In this document: positions 51,535 through 60,841 of the stretch, in pieces
How positions within the stretch are numbered: position 1 is the first letter of the stretch
How the letters are laid out: every line of letters begins with the position of its first letter
Sequence record: NZ_CP148139.1
DNA from: a plasmid
Strand: one strand, 5' to 3'
DNA: 64,000 nt
Notes under the pieces: generated by a model
What the model was told of the DNA's origin: nothing
Seen by the model: only the letters and a program-made list of their open reading frames with translations
The model's database searches: none
Made by a program: the position numbers and the translations under genes

Positions 51535-51645
51535 ACCAATTCGTTTTACCAACCTTATAAAAGATAAATATTAATTAGTAAATGTAAAATCCACGTTGAT
51601 AGTAGTTTGCTGTCAATTTAATACTGTAAATATAGAAGGGTTAGA

Positions 51646-52006
51646 TATGCAATTAGTAAAAACATGTGCCATGCCGAAAATTGATACCAAAAAAGTGCTT
51701 TTCGTGGTTTTAGCAGTGTTATGTGTAGCGGCACTGGCAGTTATGTTTGCCTATGGCAAAGGAACCGAGCAATCCGGTTTCAAAGAAGTATGGATGCAAA
51801 TCACTGCATATATGCAGGGCTCATTAGGTCGTGTGTTAGTGGGGCTGATTGTCGTTGTTGGTATTGCGGCGGCGGTTGTTCGTCAGTCGTTAATGACCTT
51901 TGCTGTGGCTGTTGGTGCGGCAATTGGTCTGTACTATGCTCCGGACATCATCAACGGTATCATGACTTCTTCAGTAGCTGTTACAACAGTTCTGCCAGTC
52001 TTATAA
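51646..52006 (+). CDS. traA: TraA-like F-type propilin
   Basis: About 120 aa. Has a leader, then two long hydrophobic segments 'VLVGLIVVVGIAAAVV' and 'FAVAVGAAIGLYYA'. The start was chosen at the internal Met; the annotated ORF begins at 51596. Confidence 0.5.
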
Positions 52007-52067
52007 TACTTTGGTTGTATTTTTTGAAAAATAAAGCCGTATTTTATACGGCTTTATTTCGTTAAGC

Positions 52068-53009
52068 CTATCCTAAACGCTGAATAATAATATCATTTAT
52101 ATGATTTTTTAATACTTCAGCCACTTCACTGATTGGTGTGGGATTGAGTTCTTCAGAAATCCCACTTGAATACAAGTCCAGTTGACACTCTCCATTTTTA
52201 AAGAGAAAGCCAGACTCATATTCTTTGTCACTGTTTAGCACTGCCGTTTGATAGCTTAAAGCACTATCAGCGATTAATAATCTATTTTTTAATACCGGAT
52301 AACATATACCGAATTCTTCCATGACTGGCTGTGATTCTTTGCTTACAAAAATTTCAACGCGCCATGCTCCATACTGATATTCTTTAGGTTTATAAATTCG
52401 TACTTGGCAGTATTTTGTTTCCGCATCGTTGTCACGAACAGGGAGAGGCTGAATCCCTTTTAACTCACGAATAGCATTTATATCTTCCATGTACTCATAA
52501 TAACGACCCTCAAGTTTAAATTTATTGAAGATCCTATTTTCTGCTTCCTTCACTTGTTCTTGGGTAGTACCAGCTAATTCACAGAAAAGAGCAAACCAAA
52601 GAGAACTGGCAGTAAGAACAGGGACGTTGCTATTGCCAAACATTGTCTGACGCGCTCTATGTAATATGTACTTTCCGTTATTAATCAGAACACTCTCTAG
52701 TTGACGGCTATCCTTTATCTTCAGTATTTCACACATGGCAATTTTTTTAGGTGTTGTCATAAAGTTGTCTATCGGAATACTCTTAACAGTTGTACCTAGT
52801 TCTCTTGCTAAAATTTCGTCATATGCAGCAACCAGAGAACTTGAGGCGGCATATTGGTCATATCTATTTTGAAATATTTCTTCTAATTTATTTCGAATAA
52901 AAGTAGATTTTGGTATACCGGCTGCGGCTGCGAGCTGAGTAATCACTTTATCTACTGCCGCAGAGTTGCCACGTATGGTATAGTCGATAGTGTCATTTGA
53001 AACTGACAT
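52068..53009 (-). CDS. hypothetical protein (313 aa), possible RHH-like N-terminus
   Basis: ORF. The N-terminal 'TIDYTIRGNSAAVDKVITQLAAAAGIPKSTFIRNKLEE' is compatible with a small DNA-binding fold. Confidence 0.4.
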   Translation of the reverse strand: MSVSNDTIDYTIRGNSAAVDKVITQLAAAAGIPKSTFIRNKLEEIFQNRYDQYAASSSLVAAYDEILARELGTTVKSIPIDNFMTTPKKIAMCEILKIKDSRQLESVLINNGKYILHRARQTMFGNSNVPVLTASSLWFALFCELAGTTQEQVKEAENRIFNKFKLEGRYYEYMEDINAIRELKGIQPLPVRDNDAETKYCQVRIYKPKEYQYGAWRVEIFVSKESQPVMEEFGICYPVLKNRLLIADSALSYQTAVLNSDKEYESGFLFKNGECQLDLYSSGISEELNPTPISEVAEVLKNHINDIIIQRLG

Positions 53010-53274
53010 AGTTGTTCCCCTTTTGTGGGTTTAAATACAGCCGGTTCATATAAACTTTGCGGTAGTTATGAACCGGCTTTCGCAAAATCATCAAAACAAT
53101 ACATAGTTGACGATTCTGTAAATCGTATACTATCACTTGGTATGATGATTCGCCAGCTTTGTTTTCTCTAATGCATGTCTAAACCGCTAACGCATTGAAT
53201 ATATGCAGTATTAATCCATTTTAATGTTTTGGTTCCCCTAGGATTTCATTGCCCTCCAAAGTGATTTAATTTCT

Positions 53275-54852
53275 ATGATATTCTCCATTCCAGCTAATAG
53301 TAATGGATTAATAGATATGCCAAAAATCACTCTTTCTCAAGAACAAGAAGCCATTTTAGCCTCTGAAGAAAAGTATATTTGCTGTCAGGCTTATGCAGGT
53401 TCAGGAAAAACGTTCATATTGACTCAACTGGCAAAGCGTAATCCGGATAAACGTATTCTGTACTTAGCCTATAACAAGGGCATACAGACTGAGGCATCAC
53501 AAAAATTCCCGTCAAATACCAAAGTGATCACCACTCATGCAATGGCATATCGGTATTTGAAAAACTTGAAGTTCAAAATGAAGTTTAATTTCAATGGGTT
53601 CGATGTTGCGAGGCTGCTTAATATTACCTCTGTTCAATTACAATTCCTCATAATTGAGACTCTAAATAATTATTATAGGTCCGCTGATTATTCGTTACAG
53701 ATACATCACGTTCCAACAGAGAATACAGGGAATGGTAAAAAACATGCTGAAAATGTTAAGAAAAGCGCACTAGAAAATGCAAAACTCATTTTTGAATTAC
53801 AAGCTGATCCTAAAAGTGACTTTCCTGCTCCCCCTGACTTTTACATAAAATATTTTCAGTTGGTCGCCCCTCCTCTACATACATGGTTCGACATCATTTT
53901 GTTTGATGAAGCTCAGGATGCCAACTTAGTAACAAAGGCATTGCTAGATAAATGTGAATGCAAACGAATCTTTGTAGGTGATACGCACCAGATGATCAAC
54001 CGCTGGCGTGGGGCAAATGATGCCCTAGATGCATCTGTACGTGATGGAGCTCAGATATTGCGTCTAACCACGTCATATCGGTTTGGACGATGTGTGGCTG
54101 CTATTGCAAATGCCATACTGATGTTAAAAGGAGAGACTGTAAGCCTTAAAACGACAGGTATTATTGATAGGCTCATAAGTAAAGCTGAAGTCAAGAGTAT
54201 CTTCCCTAGAACTGTGATTTCACGCACCAATCTATCTGTGTTGATCAATGCAATTGACGCTGGAAGATGCGGTAAAAAAGTGTTCTTCGTAGGTGGTATT
54301 GATAGGTATGCTTTAGACGATATTGCTGATTTTTACTATCTGTATATCGGCAATACTAAAATGATTAAGAGAAAAGCATTTTTATACGACTATCCAAATT
54401 GGGATCGGGTTGTAAGTGTTGCAGAGAACTCAGGCGACAATACGTTGAAAAGGACGATACACCTAATTGAAAATGAGCCTGATATTCTAGAGCTGGTAGA
54501 TAAAATTAAAGAAGCAGCAGTTAATAATTACAATGATGCTGATTTAACGCTTGTAACTGCACATTCATCGAAAGGACTTGAATGGGAATATATTGAGATT
54601 GATGATGATTATGTTTCATTAGTTGAATATATTGAGAAAACACCAAAACAAAAACAGAATCTAATATTTATTAATGATGAATTAAATTTGTTATACGTTG
54701 CAGTAACAAGAGCCACGAAAGCCTTGTCTATATCAATGGTAATCATGGAAATAATTTTGTTAATTAAAAAAAGAAAAAATAAAAACATTCCGATACCTAT
54801 AGTCACTCCAATAGAGTTATTTTTATTTATTAATCAGAGGTGTGTTATTTGA
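53275..54852 (+). CDS. compact UvrD/PcrA-like SF1 DNA helicase
   Basis: Walker A 'AYAGSGKTF', motif II 'ILFDEAQDAN', motif V 'VTAHSSKGLEW', motif VI 'LLYVAVTRA'. An odd hydrophobic C-terminal tail may reflect read-through. Confidence 0.75.
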   Translation: MIFSIPANSNGLIDMPKITLSQEQEAILASEEKYICCQAYAGSGKTFILTQLAKRNPDKRILYLAYNKGIQTEASQKFPSNTKVITTHAMAYRYLKNLKFKMKFNFNGFDVARLLNITSVQLQFLIIETLNNYYRSADYSLQIHHVPTENTGNGKKHAENVKKSALENAKLIFELQADPKSDFPAPPDFYIKYFQLVAPPLHTWFDIILFDEAQDANLVTKALLDKCECKRIFVGDTHQMINRWRGANDALDASVRDGAQILRLTTSYRFGRCVAAIANAILMLKGETVSLKTTGIIDRLISKAEVKSIFPRTVISRTNLSVLINAIDAGRCGKKVFFVGGIDRYALDDIADFYYLYIGNTKMIKRKAFLYDYPNWDRVVSVAENSGDNTLKRTIHLIENEPDILELVDKIKEAAVNNYNDADLTLVTAHSSKGLEWEYIEIDDDYVSLVEYIEKTPKQKQNLIFINDELNLLYVAVTRATKALSISMVIMEIILLIKKRKNKNIPIPIVTPIELFLFINQRCVI

Positions 54853-54947
54853 AAAAATATATAAATGCCGATAATAACCATTATTTTTTAGTCTAAAAAT
54901 AGTTGTATCGGCAAGGTTAGCTTTTCAAGTTAATGAAGGTATAGTAA

Positions 54948-56024
54948 TTATTCGGTAATTCTATTCTCACCAACTTTAAAATCCGGATTTGCTTCAAAAG
55001 AGAAACGCCACAGCCCAAGAACGCTTCCTTTATAATCTACAGGGATTTTGACTGAAAAAACGTCAGGTTCTGCTCCAGAGGTAATAGCTGTTACTTCCTG
55101 CTCATAGACGGTATGTTCATTAAATGCTTCAGTTATCATAGAACTTAGATTACCAAGTATTGAAAATCCATTTTTTTCAAAGCCCTCCATAGATTGGGGG
55201 ACAAATGAATAACGAACACTCTGTAACGTATTACTCTGAGTCATTACTGCTTCTGGTTCACCACACTCCCACTGACCGAATCTCATAAGATAGAAAGCTA
55301 TATTTTTTTCATTGTGATCAATAATTTCTTCTCCATCACAATACATTTTCACATCACCACAGACAAAATGCGCATAATTGTCATCATTGATAGAAATCTC
55401 TTGTGTATTATCTGCTACTAGTTCGATGATAAGTGGAGGCTTTGTTGCAATCATTACATCACCAAGCATTGCCATTTCACTGTTTCCTAAAGAATGCAAA
55501 GCACATGTTTCATATTTCGTTTTGCGCTCAATAAATGAAGTTACCGGTAGTAAAGTCCACATTCTTAGACAACGGTAGTATATTGCAAAAAAGAGAGGTA
55601 TCTGGTTTATTTCACTGTATCGCTGAAGTTTTTCAACATAATTCTTTGTAAGAAAATATGATGCTTTCGGGTTAGAATGATTACAATTTTTCACTTCAAC
55701 AAATACTTGTCTCCCATCTTTCAAAATGAGTCTGTAATCTGGTAACTTAATTTCGTCATCATCATAAATTACGTCACCTATATCTTCAGTTTTAATCAAA
55801 CGACAACCATGCAGACCAGCGACTACTTGACCAAAACAAGATTCCATACGCTTGCCGTGAAGCAAAATTGTATTTTCCTGAGATACTTTGAGAGTATCAC
55901 GAAAAACTTGCAGGAATTTTTCGGTATCTTCTTGTGATCTAAGTTTATAACCATGTTCACGGCTGAATGCTGTAAATACCTCTAGTGCTTCAAATTTTTC
56001 AGGGTTTCGTTCTAGGCGTTTCAT
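54948..56024 (-). CDS. PD-(D/E)XK nuclease-fold protein (358 aa)
   Basis: 'LPDYRLILKDGRQVFVEVKN' gives PD...EVK at canonical spacing. An acidic residue lies in the preceding helix ('EALEVF'). Confidence 0.5.
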   Translation of the reverse strand: MKRLERNPEKFEALEVFTAFSREHGYKLRSQEDTEKFLQVFRDTLKVSQENTILLHGKRMESCFGQVVAGLHGCRLIKTEDIGDVIYDDDEIKLPDYRLILKDGRQVFVEVKNCNHSNPKASYFLTKNYVEKLQRYSEINQIPLFFAIYYRCLRMWTLLPVTSFIERKTKYETCALHSLGNSEMAMLGDVMIATKPPLIIELVADNTQEISINDDNYAHFVCGDVKMYCDGEEIIDHNEKNIAFYLMRFGQWECGEPEAVMTQSNTLQSVRYSFVPQSMEGFEKNGFSILGNLSSMITEAFNEHTVYEQEVTAITSGAEPDVFSVKIPVDYKGSVLGLWRFSFEANPDFKVGENRITE

Positions 56025-56077
56025 AGTTTCTCACTGATGGTAAAACAGACAAAATACGATAAACATTAATTATCAGT

Positions 56078-56632
56078 TTATGTAGCTAAAAGCATTTCTA
56101 AATGATGTTTCACCAGAAATTTGAACATGACTCTATCATAACCGAGATATTGCTCGACTGATAAATTAGCAATGAATGCAGCTTCAGTCATTGTTATACC
56201 ATTTGGATTCTGATCTAAACCTAAAATTCGCCTCATAGCCTCTGATTCTGCACCTCTCATGAGTGTAAACACTTCATCAGAGCAACGATGTTCTGGAAGT
56301 AATTCCTTTGTAATTTTCAAGGGATTTACGCCAGCATGATAATTTGCTGTTTTGTCTCTCTCGATTAGGTTAATTCCTTGGTTTCCCTCGCGAAAATCAA
56401 TTAAAGGGTCTATGACGGTATGAGCCTTTGTCTCGATCCATGAGTATTGCAAAATGCTGTTTGTGTAAGCTAAATCTGTCTCCGGAGTTTGGACCAGTTC
56501 TTGCTTATAGATACCAATCACAGCCTCGCCCTCAATGTATCCCTTTTTTAATAATTGTCGGCATAATAGATATGAATATGGGTACATCTGAATATCGTCA
56601 GCTATTGTTCTCAGACTCGTGTATTTTTCCAT
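56078..56632 (-). CDS. hypothetical protein (184 aa), upstream partner of the nuclease
   Basis: ORF. Lies 54 bp upstream of the nuclease-fold gene. Confidence 0.4.
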   Translation of the reverse strand: MEKYTSLRTIADDIQMYPYSYLLCRQLLKKGYIEGEAVIGIYKQELVQTPETDLAYTNSILQYSWIETKAHTVIDPLIDFREGNQGINLIERDKTANYHAGVNPLKITKELLPEHRCSDEVFTLMRGAESEAMRRILGLDQNPNGITMTEAAFIANLSVEQYLGYDRVMFKFLVKHHLEMLLAT

Positions 56633-56690
56633 TTTGAATCCAAAAAAGCCCCAAAAAGGGGCTGTAAGGTAGTTTTGGGAGAGTTAACGA

Positions 56691-57665
56691 TCACTTACTG
56701 GTTGTGTTTGCGCTTACTTTTTCATAATGAATAGAATCAGTTCTTTCATCAGGGCTTTTCGCACTAAGTAATATAAATGTATAATTTTGTTTACCATGAG
56801 TGATGAATAAGTCTGTGCCGCCCCACACTTCAGAACTTGGCTTTTTAGATAAGAGCAAAATGTTATTTGGTAATAATTTGATATCGAAATGATCGTCATG
56901 GTCTGAGCCATTGATGAAGTAATTGAGCTCTTTAACGGCTTCAGATTGTGCAGGTAGGAAAATTTTCACTGCAAAATTACGGTAGAGATAGACTTTAGTT
57001 TGTGAATTTGGCGCGTATGGGATCGTTAATTGCCTCCCAACGTAGTCAAGATTTTGGTCATTTTCAGTGCGTTTATTTCTTTCTTCCAATGCTGCATCAA
57101 ATACGTTTTTAAAGTCTTGTTGCTGTGTTGGAGCCTGATTGCTGTAATACCCATCACTGAGCTCCTGAGCTGCCGGTGCAGGTGGTTGACCAGTAAAGTT
57201 GGTACTTAATGCCTGAGTGTGTTCCACTACTGAAGTAGCTGCTTCGCTAACATGCTCAAGCATGTCATTAATGCTTTGTTCGCTATCAGATGGATTCTGT
57301 TTTTCTGTATCGCCAGAATGTTCCTCTACTGCTTCTGAAAGCGTTTTAGCTACGTCACCTGTAACAGTGTCGGATTTAGCTTCAGATGTCGGAGAATCGG
57401 TTTTAGCTACGTTCTCGGCACTGTTCGATTCTGGTTCTGCCTCTTTTGGATTGTTAAAAACAGGAATAGAGGTTTCAACGTCACTATAATAATTAACATC
57501 AATTTCTGTCGCGTCTGTTGCTGGTTTTAGTAAAACAAATGCTGCTATTGCACCCGCTGAAACTGCAACTGCAATCATGGATTTTTTATTCAGAAGAAAA
57601 CCAAGTCCTTTTTTACTTTCATTTTTTTTAGTATTGGAAGAAACATCCATCATTTTGAGCCTCAA
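56691..57665 (-). CDS. membrane-anchored protein with acidic/Ser-rich linker and C-terminal beta-rich domain (324 aa)
   Basis: N-terminal TM 'MIAVAVSAGAIAAFVLL', a disordered acidic linker, and a conserved-looking C-terminal ~110 aa. Confidence 0.4.
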   Translation of the reverse strand: MRLKMMDVSSNTKKNESKKGLGFLLNKKSMIAVAVSAGAIAAFVLLKPATDATEIDVNYYSDVETSIPVFNNPKEAEPESNSAENVAKTDSPTSEAKSDTVTGDVAKTLSEAVEEHSGDTEKQNPSDSEQSINDMLEHVSEAATSVVEHTQALSTNFTGQPPAPAAQELSDGYYSNQAPTQQQDFKNVFDAALEERNKRTENDQNLDYVGRQLTIPYAPNSQTKVYLYRNFAVKIFLPAQSEAVKELNYFINGSDHDDHFDIKLLPNNILLLSKKPSSEVWGGTDLFITHGKQNYTFILLSAKSPDERTDSIHYEKVSANTTSK

Positions 57666-57742
57666 TAATCTGTGTTACGTGTATCTGCTATATGTTATAG
57701 AATTACACCCTACGAATAGGGCGCAATGGTTCTAAAAGCGGA

Positions 57743-58678
57743 TTACTTTCTTAACAGCAATAATTTATCGGCTATCATTTTTCCATCCATGAGTGTCAGA
57801 CGGTCGGATGTTCTGTGACTGTATAGAACTGCATCGTTAGAAAACTTACCTGATGTGACTAGAAATACATGCTTAAATTCGGGTTCTGCTTCTAGTACAC
57901 CAACCATTTCACGGGCGATAGCAACACCTACATTGTCAGATTTCCAGTGTTTGCATTGAGCGAAAACTTTAATTCCATCACGTTCCATAATGATATCTTT
58001 CCCACCATCTGGACCATAATTAGTGACAGTAGCTCTGTACCCAAGGCTGTTGAATAACTCTCTTATAAATTCCTCAAATTCTCGCCATGATAATTCTCGG
58101 ATAAATTGCAATGCATCTTCATGATAGGTGGCATTAAAAAGTACCTTTTTAAACATAGTTTGTTGTTTATAACGAAAATACACACTTGCTGAATAAGCCA
58201 CGAGCAGGAATGCAACGCAAGAGCGTAATATATGGAATGTATAATATGTACAAACTGGGATATTCCTCAGAGAGAATAATTTATTCGCACTGCTTTGCCC
58301 GAAAACATCTGCATATGCTGTTTTTATATCTCCCCATATCAGTTGTATGATTTTCGTTGTTATCACATGGTCATAACGAAGAAAAAATACAGTTATTGTG
58401 GTAACAGCAATTATCACTAATGCAACTTGAGGGTTTAATAGAGGGGCATTTCTTTTGATTCCCACTGAAGCCCATTCAGGTTTCTTTTTCTTGTGTAACC
58501 GCAATATTTTGCTGCTAGGTGACAATATATAAACAGCAAATAAAGGTATTACTAAAGTTAAAACTCTCGCAATAGAATCAAATCTAAGAAATACCAGAGT
58601 GGTCATATAGAATATAAAAGCAATATTCATATTAGTTACATAGGGATTTCGTTTCTTAAATCTACGCTTTCTTCTCAT
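57743..58678 (-). CDS. 4-TM membrane protein with C-terminal Mrr-type restriction-endonuclease catalytic domain
   Basis: Four hydrophobic helices in the N-terminal 170 aa. The C-terminal region has 'GPDGGKDII...VFAQCKHW', the Mrr_cat PD-(D/E)XK signature. Confidence 0.55.
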   Translation of the reverse strand: MRRKRRFKKRNPYVTNMNIAFIFYMTTLVFLRFDSIARVLTLVIPLFAVYILSPSSKILRLHKKKKPEWASVGIKRNAPLLNPQVALVIIAVTTITVFFLRYDHVITTKIIQLIWGDIKTAYADVFGQSSANKLFSLRNIPVCTYYTFHILRSCVAFLLVAYSASVYFRYKQQTMFKKVLFNATYHEDALQFIRELSWREFEEFIRELFNSLGYRATVTNYGPDGGKDIIMERDGIKVFAQCKHWKSDNVGVAIAREMVGVLEAEPEFKHVFLVTSGKFSNDAVLYSHRTSDRLTLMDGKMIADKLLLLRK

Positions 58679-58695
58679 TACAACATTCCAATTTA

Positions 58696-59265
58696 CTAAA
58701 ATAGTAGCTGTGTCACAGTAAGTAAGGCTCCGTTCGGAGTGATATGTATTCCATCCTTTGTGCGAACTGTTGTCCCATCTATGACATCCTTGTATGTTTC
58801 ACCAAGAACCGTTCGTGTATCTACGGTGGTGATCCCCTCTATCTGCGAAGCCGTCTTTATGGCTTGCCGAGTGTTATCTAATAGTCTGTTTTTGGCGGGG
58901 TCTTTAAGGGTTGGAGGAAGTAACCAGATCACATTTTGGTTTCTGGCTTTTATGGTTTGGATAAAATGCCGAACTTTAGAGGTGTACTTTTCTTTTTCTG
59001 ATATTTGAACATGGTCGTTAGTACCGAGAATCACATAAACGGTATCGTATTTTTCAAAACTGAATTGCTCTGCGTATCTCTGCCAATCAAGGATCTTCTT
59101 TGTGGATAATCCGCTACCTACTTTGTATCGAGCATCAACAGCTTGGATTGTGCTGTACCCTTTAGCTATCTCATAGGTAAGTGAATCTCCTATAAAAACA
59201 GGTTTGCTGTATGACATAGAAGAAAATAAAAGGGAGCTGATTACTGAGATTTTATAAATATTCAT
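58696..59265 (-). CDS. secreted SGNH/GDSL-family hydrolase
   Basis: Signal peptide. Block I 'FIGDSLT', block III 'GTND', and block V 'DGIH'. Confidence 0.7.
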   Translation of the reverse strand: MNIYKISVISSLLFSSMSYSKPVFIGDSLTYEIAKGYSTIQAVDARYKVGSGLSTKKILDWQRYAEQFSFEKYDTVYVILGTNDHVQISEKEKYTSKVRHFIQTIKARNQNVIWLLPPTLKDPAKNRLLDNTRQAIKTASQIEGITTVDTRTVLGETYKDVIDGTTVRTKDGIHITPNGALLTVTQLLF

Positions 59266-59605
59266 TGCAACCCATATCAGTTATAAGCCAAATCTCACTA
59301 CTTTGACTTGTGTTCTTTTTAAGCAATATCGAGCATGGTATAGATGCCATATCAATTTTTATTAATGTGTTGCCACTCCCCTTCACCTCATAGAGTTGCT
59401 TTATTTCGTTGGATTCAAGACCAGTAATCTCTCTTGCCAGTACATAGGTATCAGCTACTCTGTCGAAGCCACCAGAACTGACATGCTTATCTTGTGCGGC
59501 TTGCGTCACAAGATGCTCGTGTGTAGTGATCGCCCCTGTGGTAGAACCACAAGAGGATAAGAAAAAGCAAACTAATGCGATACAGCTTCTATTTATCCCC
59601 ATCAT
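59252..59605 (-). CDS. small putative lipoprotein (117 aa)
   Basis: 'LSSCGS' lipobox. Overlaps both flanking genes. Confidence 0.4.
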   Translation of the reverse strand: MMGINRSCIALVCFFLSSCGSTTGAITTHEHLVTQAAQDKHVSSGGFDRVADTYVLAREITGLESNEIKQLYEVKGSGNTLIKIDMASIPCSILLKKNTSQSSEIWLITDMGCNEYL

Positions 59606-60338
59606 TCCCCTCTGCCGTTTGAGCTTCAGAAATTACTTTTAAGCTATTCTCCCCTATATCAAAATCGCTTTTCATAAACTCAAGTGTAAAAGCCGTGGCT
59701 AAATACCGGCTTATCAAAAGTTCCTTTTTAACAAGCCCTCGCAAATGCCGTGGAGTTCCAACCGCATTTTCAAAAAAACGTGAATCCCATGAGTGATCCC
59801 TGTTATCGCCAAGAACAAAAACATATCCATCAGGGATTACCCATTGTGTATAAATTGGCTTAACGAATGGTTTACGGTTATCAATGACGTACTCATATTG
59901 TTGCGCATTACGTTCCTGAAGCGCCTGATAGGTACTCGTATGGTCATTATGAAGGTTTAGCTGCCCGATCATCCTTCCGTTGATCTGGACCGACTTATCA
60001 TCGGTATAAGTGACAGTATCGCCAGCCAATCCGATAATGCGTTTTACATAAATGAATGAAGGGAATGCAGGAGCTCGGAAAATCACGATATCCCCACGCA
60101 TCAATTGCTCTTTTTGCGCATCAACCGGCTTTGCAAAAATGAGATCACCAGCTTTCAATGTCGGTGCCATAGAGGATGTAGGGATAATGTAATAGTCCAA
60201 TAGGTAGGATTTAACGGACCATACAATAAGTGAAATTATTACCAAACTGACAGTATAAAAACTAGGCTTACGTTTACGATATACGAGGTAAAGAATTCGT
60301 AGGATAAGTGCAATAATAAGGGTACTTATGAAGTTCAT
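59589..60338 (-). CDS. lepB: signal peptidase I (LepB, S26A)
   Basis: N-terminal TM, the catalytic-Ser box 'IPTSSMAPTL', and 'GDNRDHSWDSRFF'. Confidence 0.8.
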   Translation of the reverse strand: MNFISTLIIALILRILYLVYRKRKPSFYTVSLVIISLIVWSVKSYLLDYYIIPTSSMAPTLKAGDLIFAKPVDAQKEQLMRGDIVIFRAPAFPSFIYVKRIIGLAGDTVTYTDDKSVQINGRMIGQLNLHNDHTSTYQALQERNAQQYEYVIDNRKPFVKPIYTQWVIPDGYVFVLGDNRDHSWDSRFFENAVGTPRHLRGLVKKELLISRYLATAFTLEFMKSDFDIGENSLKVISEAQTAEGNDGDK

Positions 60339-60418
60339 GACCTTCAGCCTTCAGAAATCAAAAAGGCAATGTACCCGTTATGTAGTATCTTTTTTCTTAG
60401 TAAACAGTCATAAAAGTA

Positions 60419-60841
60419 TCACTTTCTATTTTGATGGTGCATGGTTATGGCTTTCAAATATCCATAAAACCATAACATATTAAAGTGGCTACTTATTTTT
60501 AAAGGCAAGAAATAACATATAGTTTCACTGGAAAAAATAAGATATCCCATCTTATTATCTATTGCTTTAAAACTAATTGAATCAATATTGCTTTTAGAGT
60601 GCTTAAAATAGATGTGATAGCAATTCACATAAATTGCAATAAGAAAGAATGATGCTAACACCTTAGATAATTCAATTAATGCTATGCACTCTATAAAATC
60701 TCCAATTACTGAAATTAATACAATAAATATTAATATGGAAATATCAATTATGTTTTTTCTGCGTATTAATAAATACGCTGGATATACACAAGCAACGGTA
60801 AAAAAAATAATCTGAATGAAAGAGATGTATTTATTCTTCAT
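60419..60841 (-). CDS. small polytopic membrane protein (140 aa), very AT-rich
   Basis: Three or four hydrophobic helices. Confidence 0.4.
   Translation of the reverse strand: MKNKYISFIQIIFFTVACVYPAYLLIRRKNIIDISILIFIVLISVIGDFIECIALIELSKVLASFFLIAIYVNCYHIYFKHSKSNIDSISFKAIDNKMGYLIFSSETICYFLPLKISSHFNMLWFYGYLKAITMHHQNRK

Noticed and set aside
51721-52065. A 114-aa Cys/Trp-rich ORF overlapping the pilin gene in another frame
   Set aside because: It is an alternative frame of the GC-richer, hydrophobic pilin coding sequence. The pilin frame gives a coherent propilin architecture.
53275-54852. Gabija GajB assignment for the UvrD-like helicase
   Set aside because: No GajA-like (ABC ATPase plus Toprim, ~580 aa) gene is adjacent. 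The neighbours are a 313-aa non-ATPase and a convergent PD-(D/E)XK protein.
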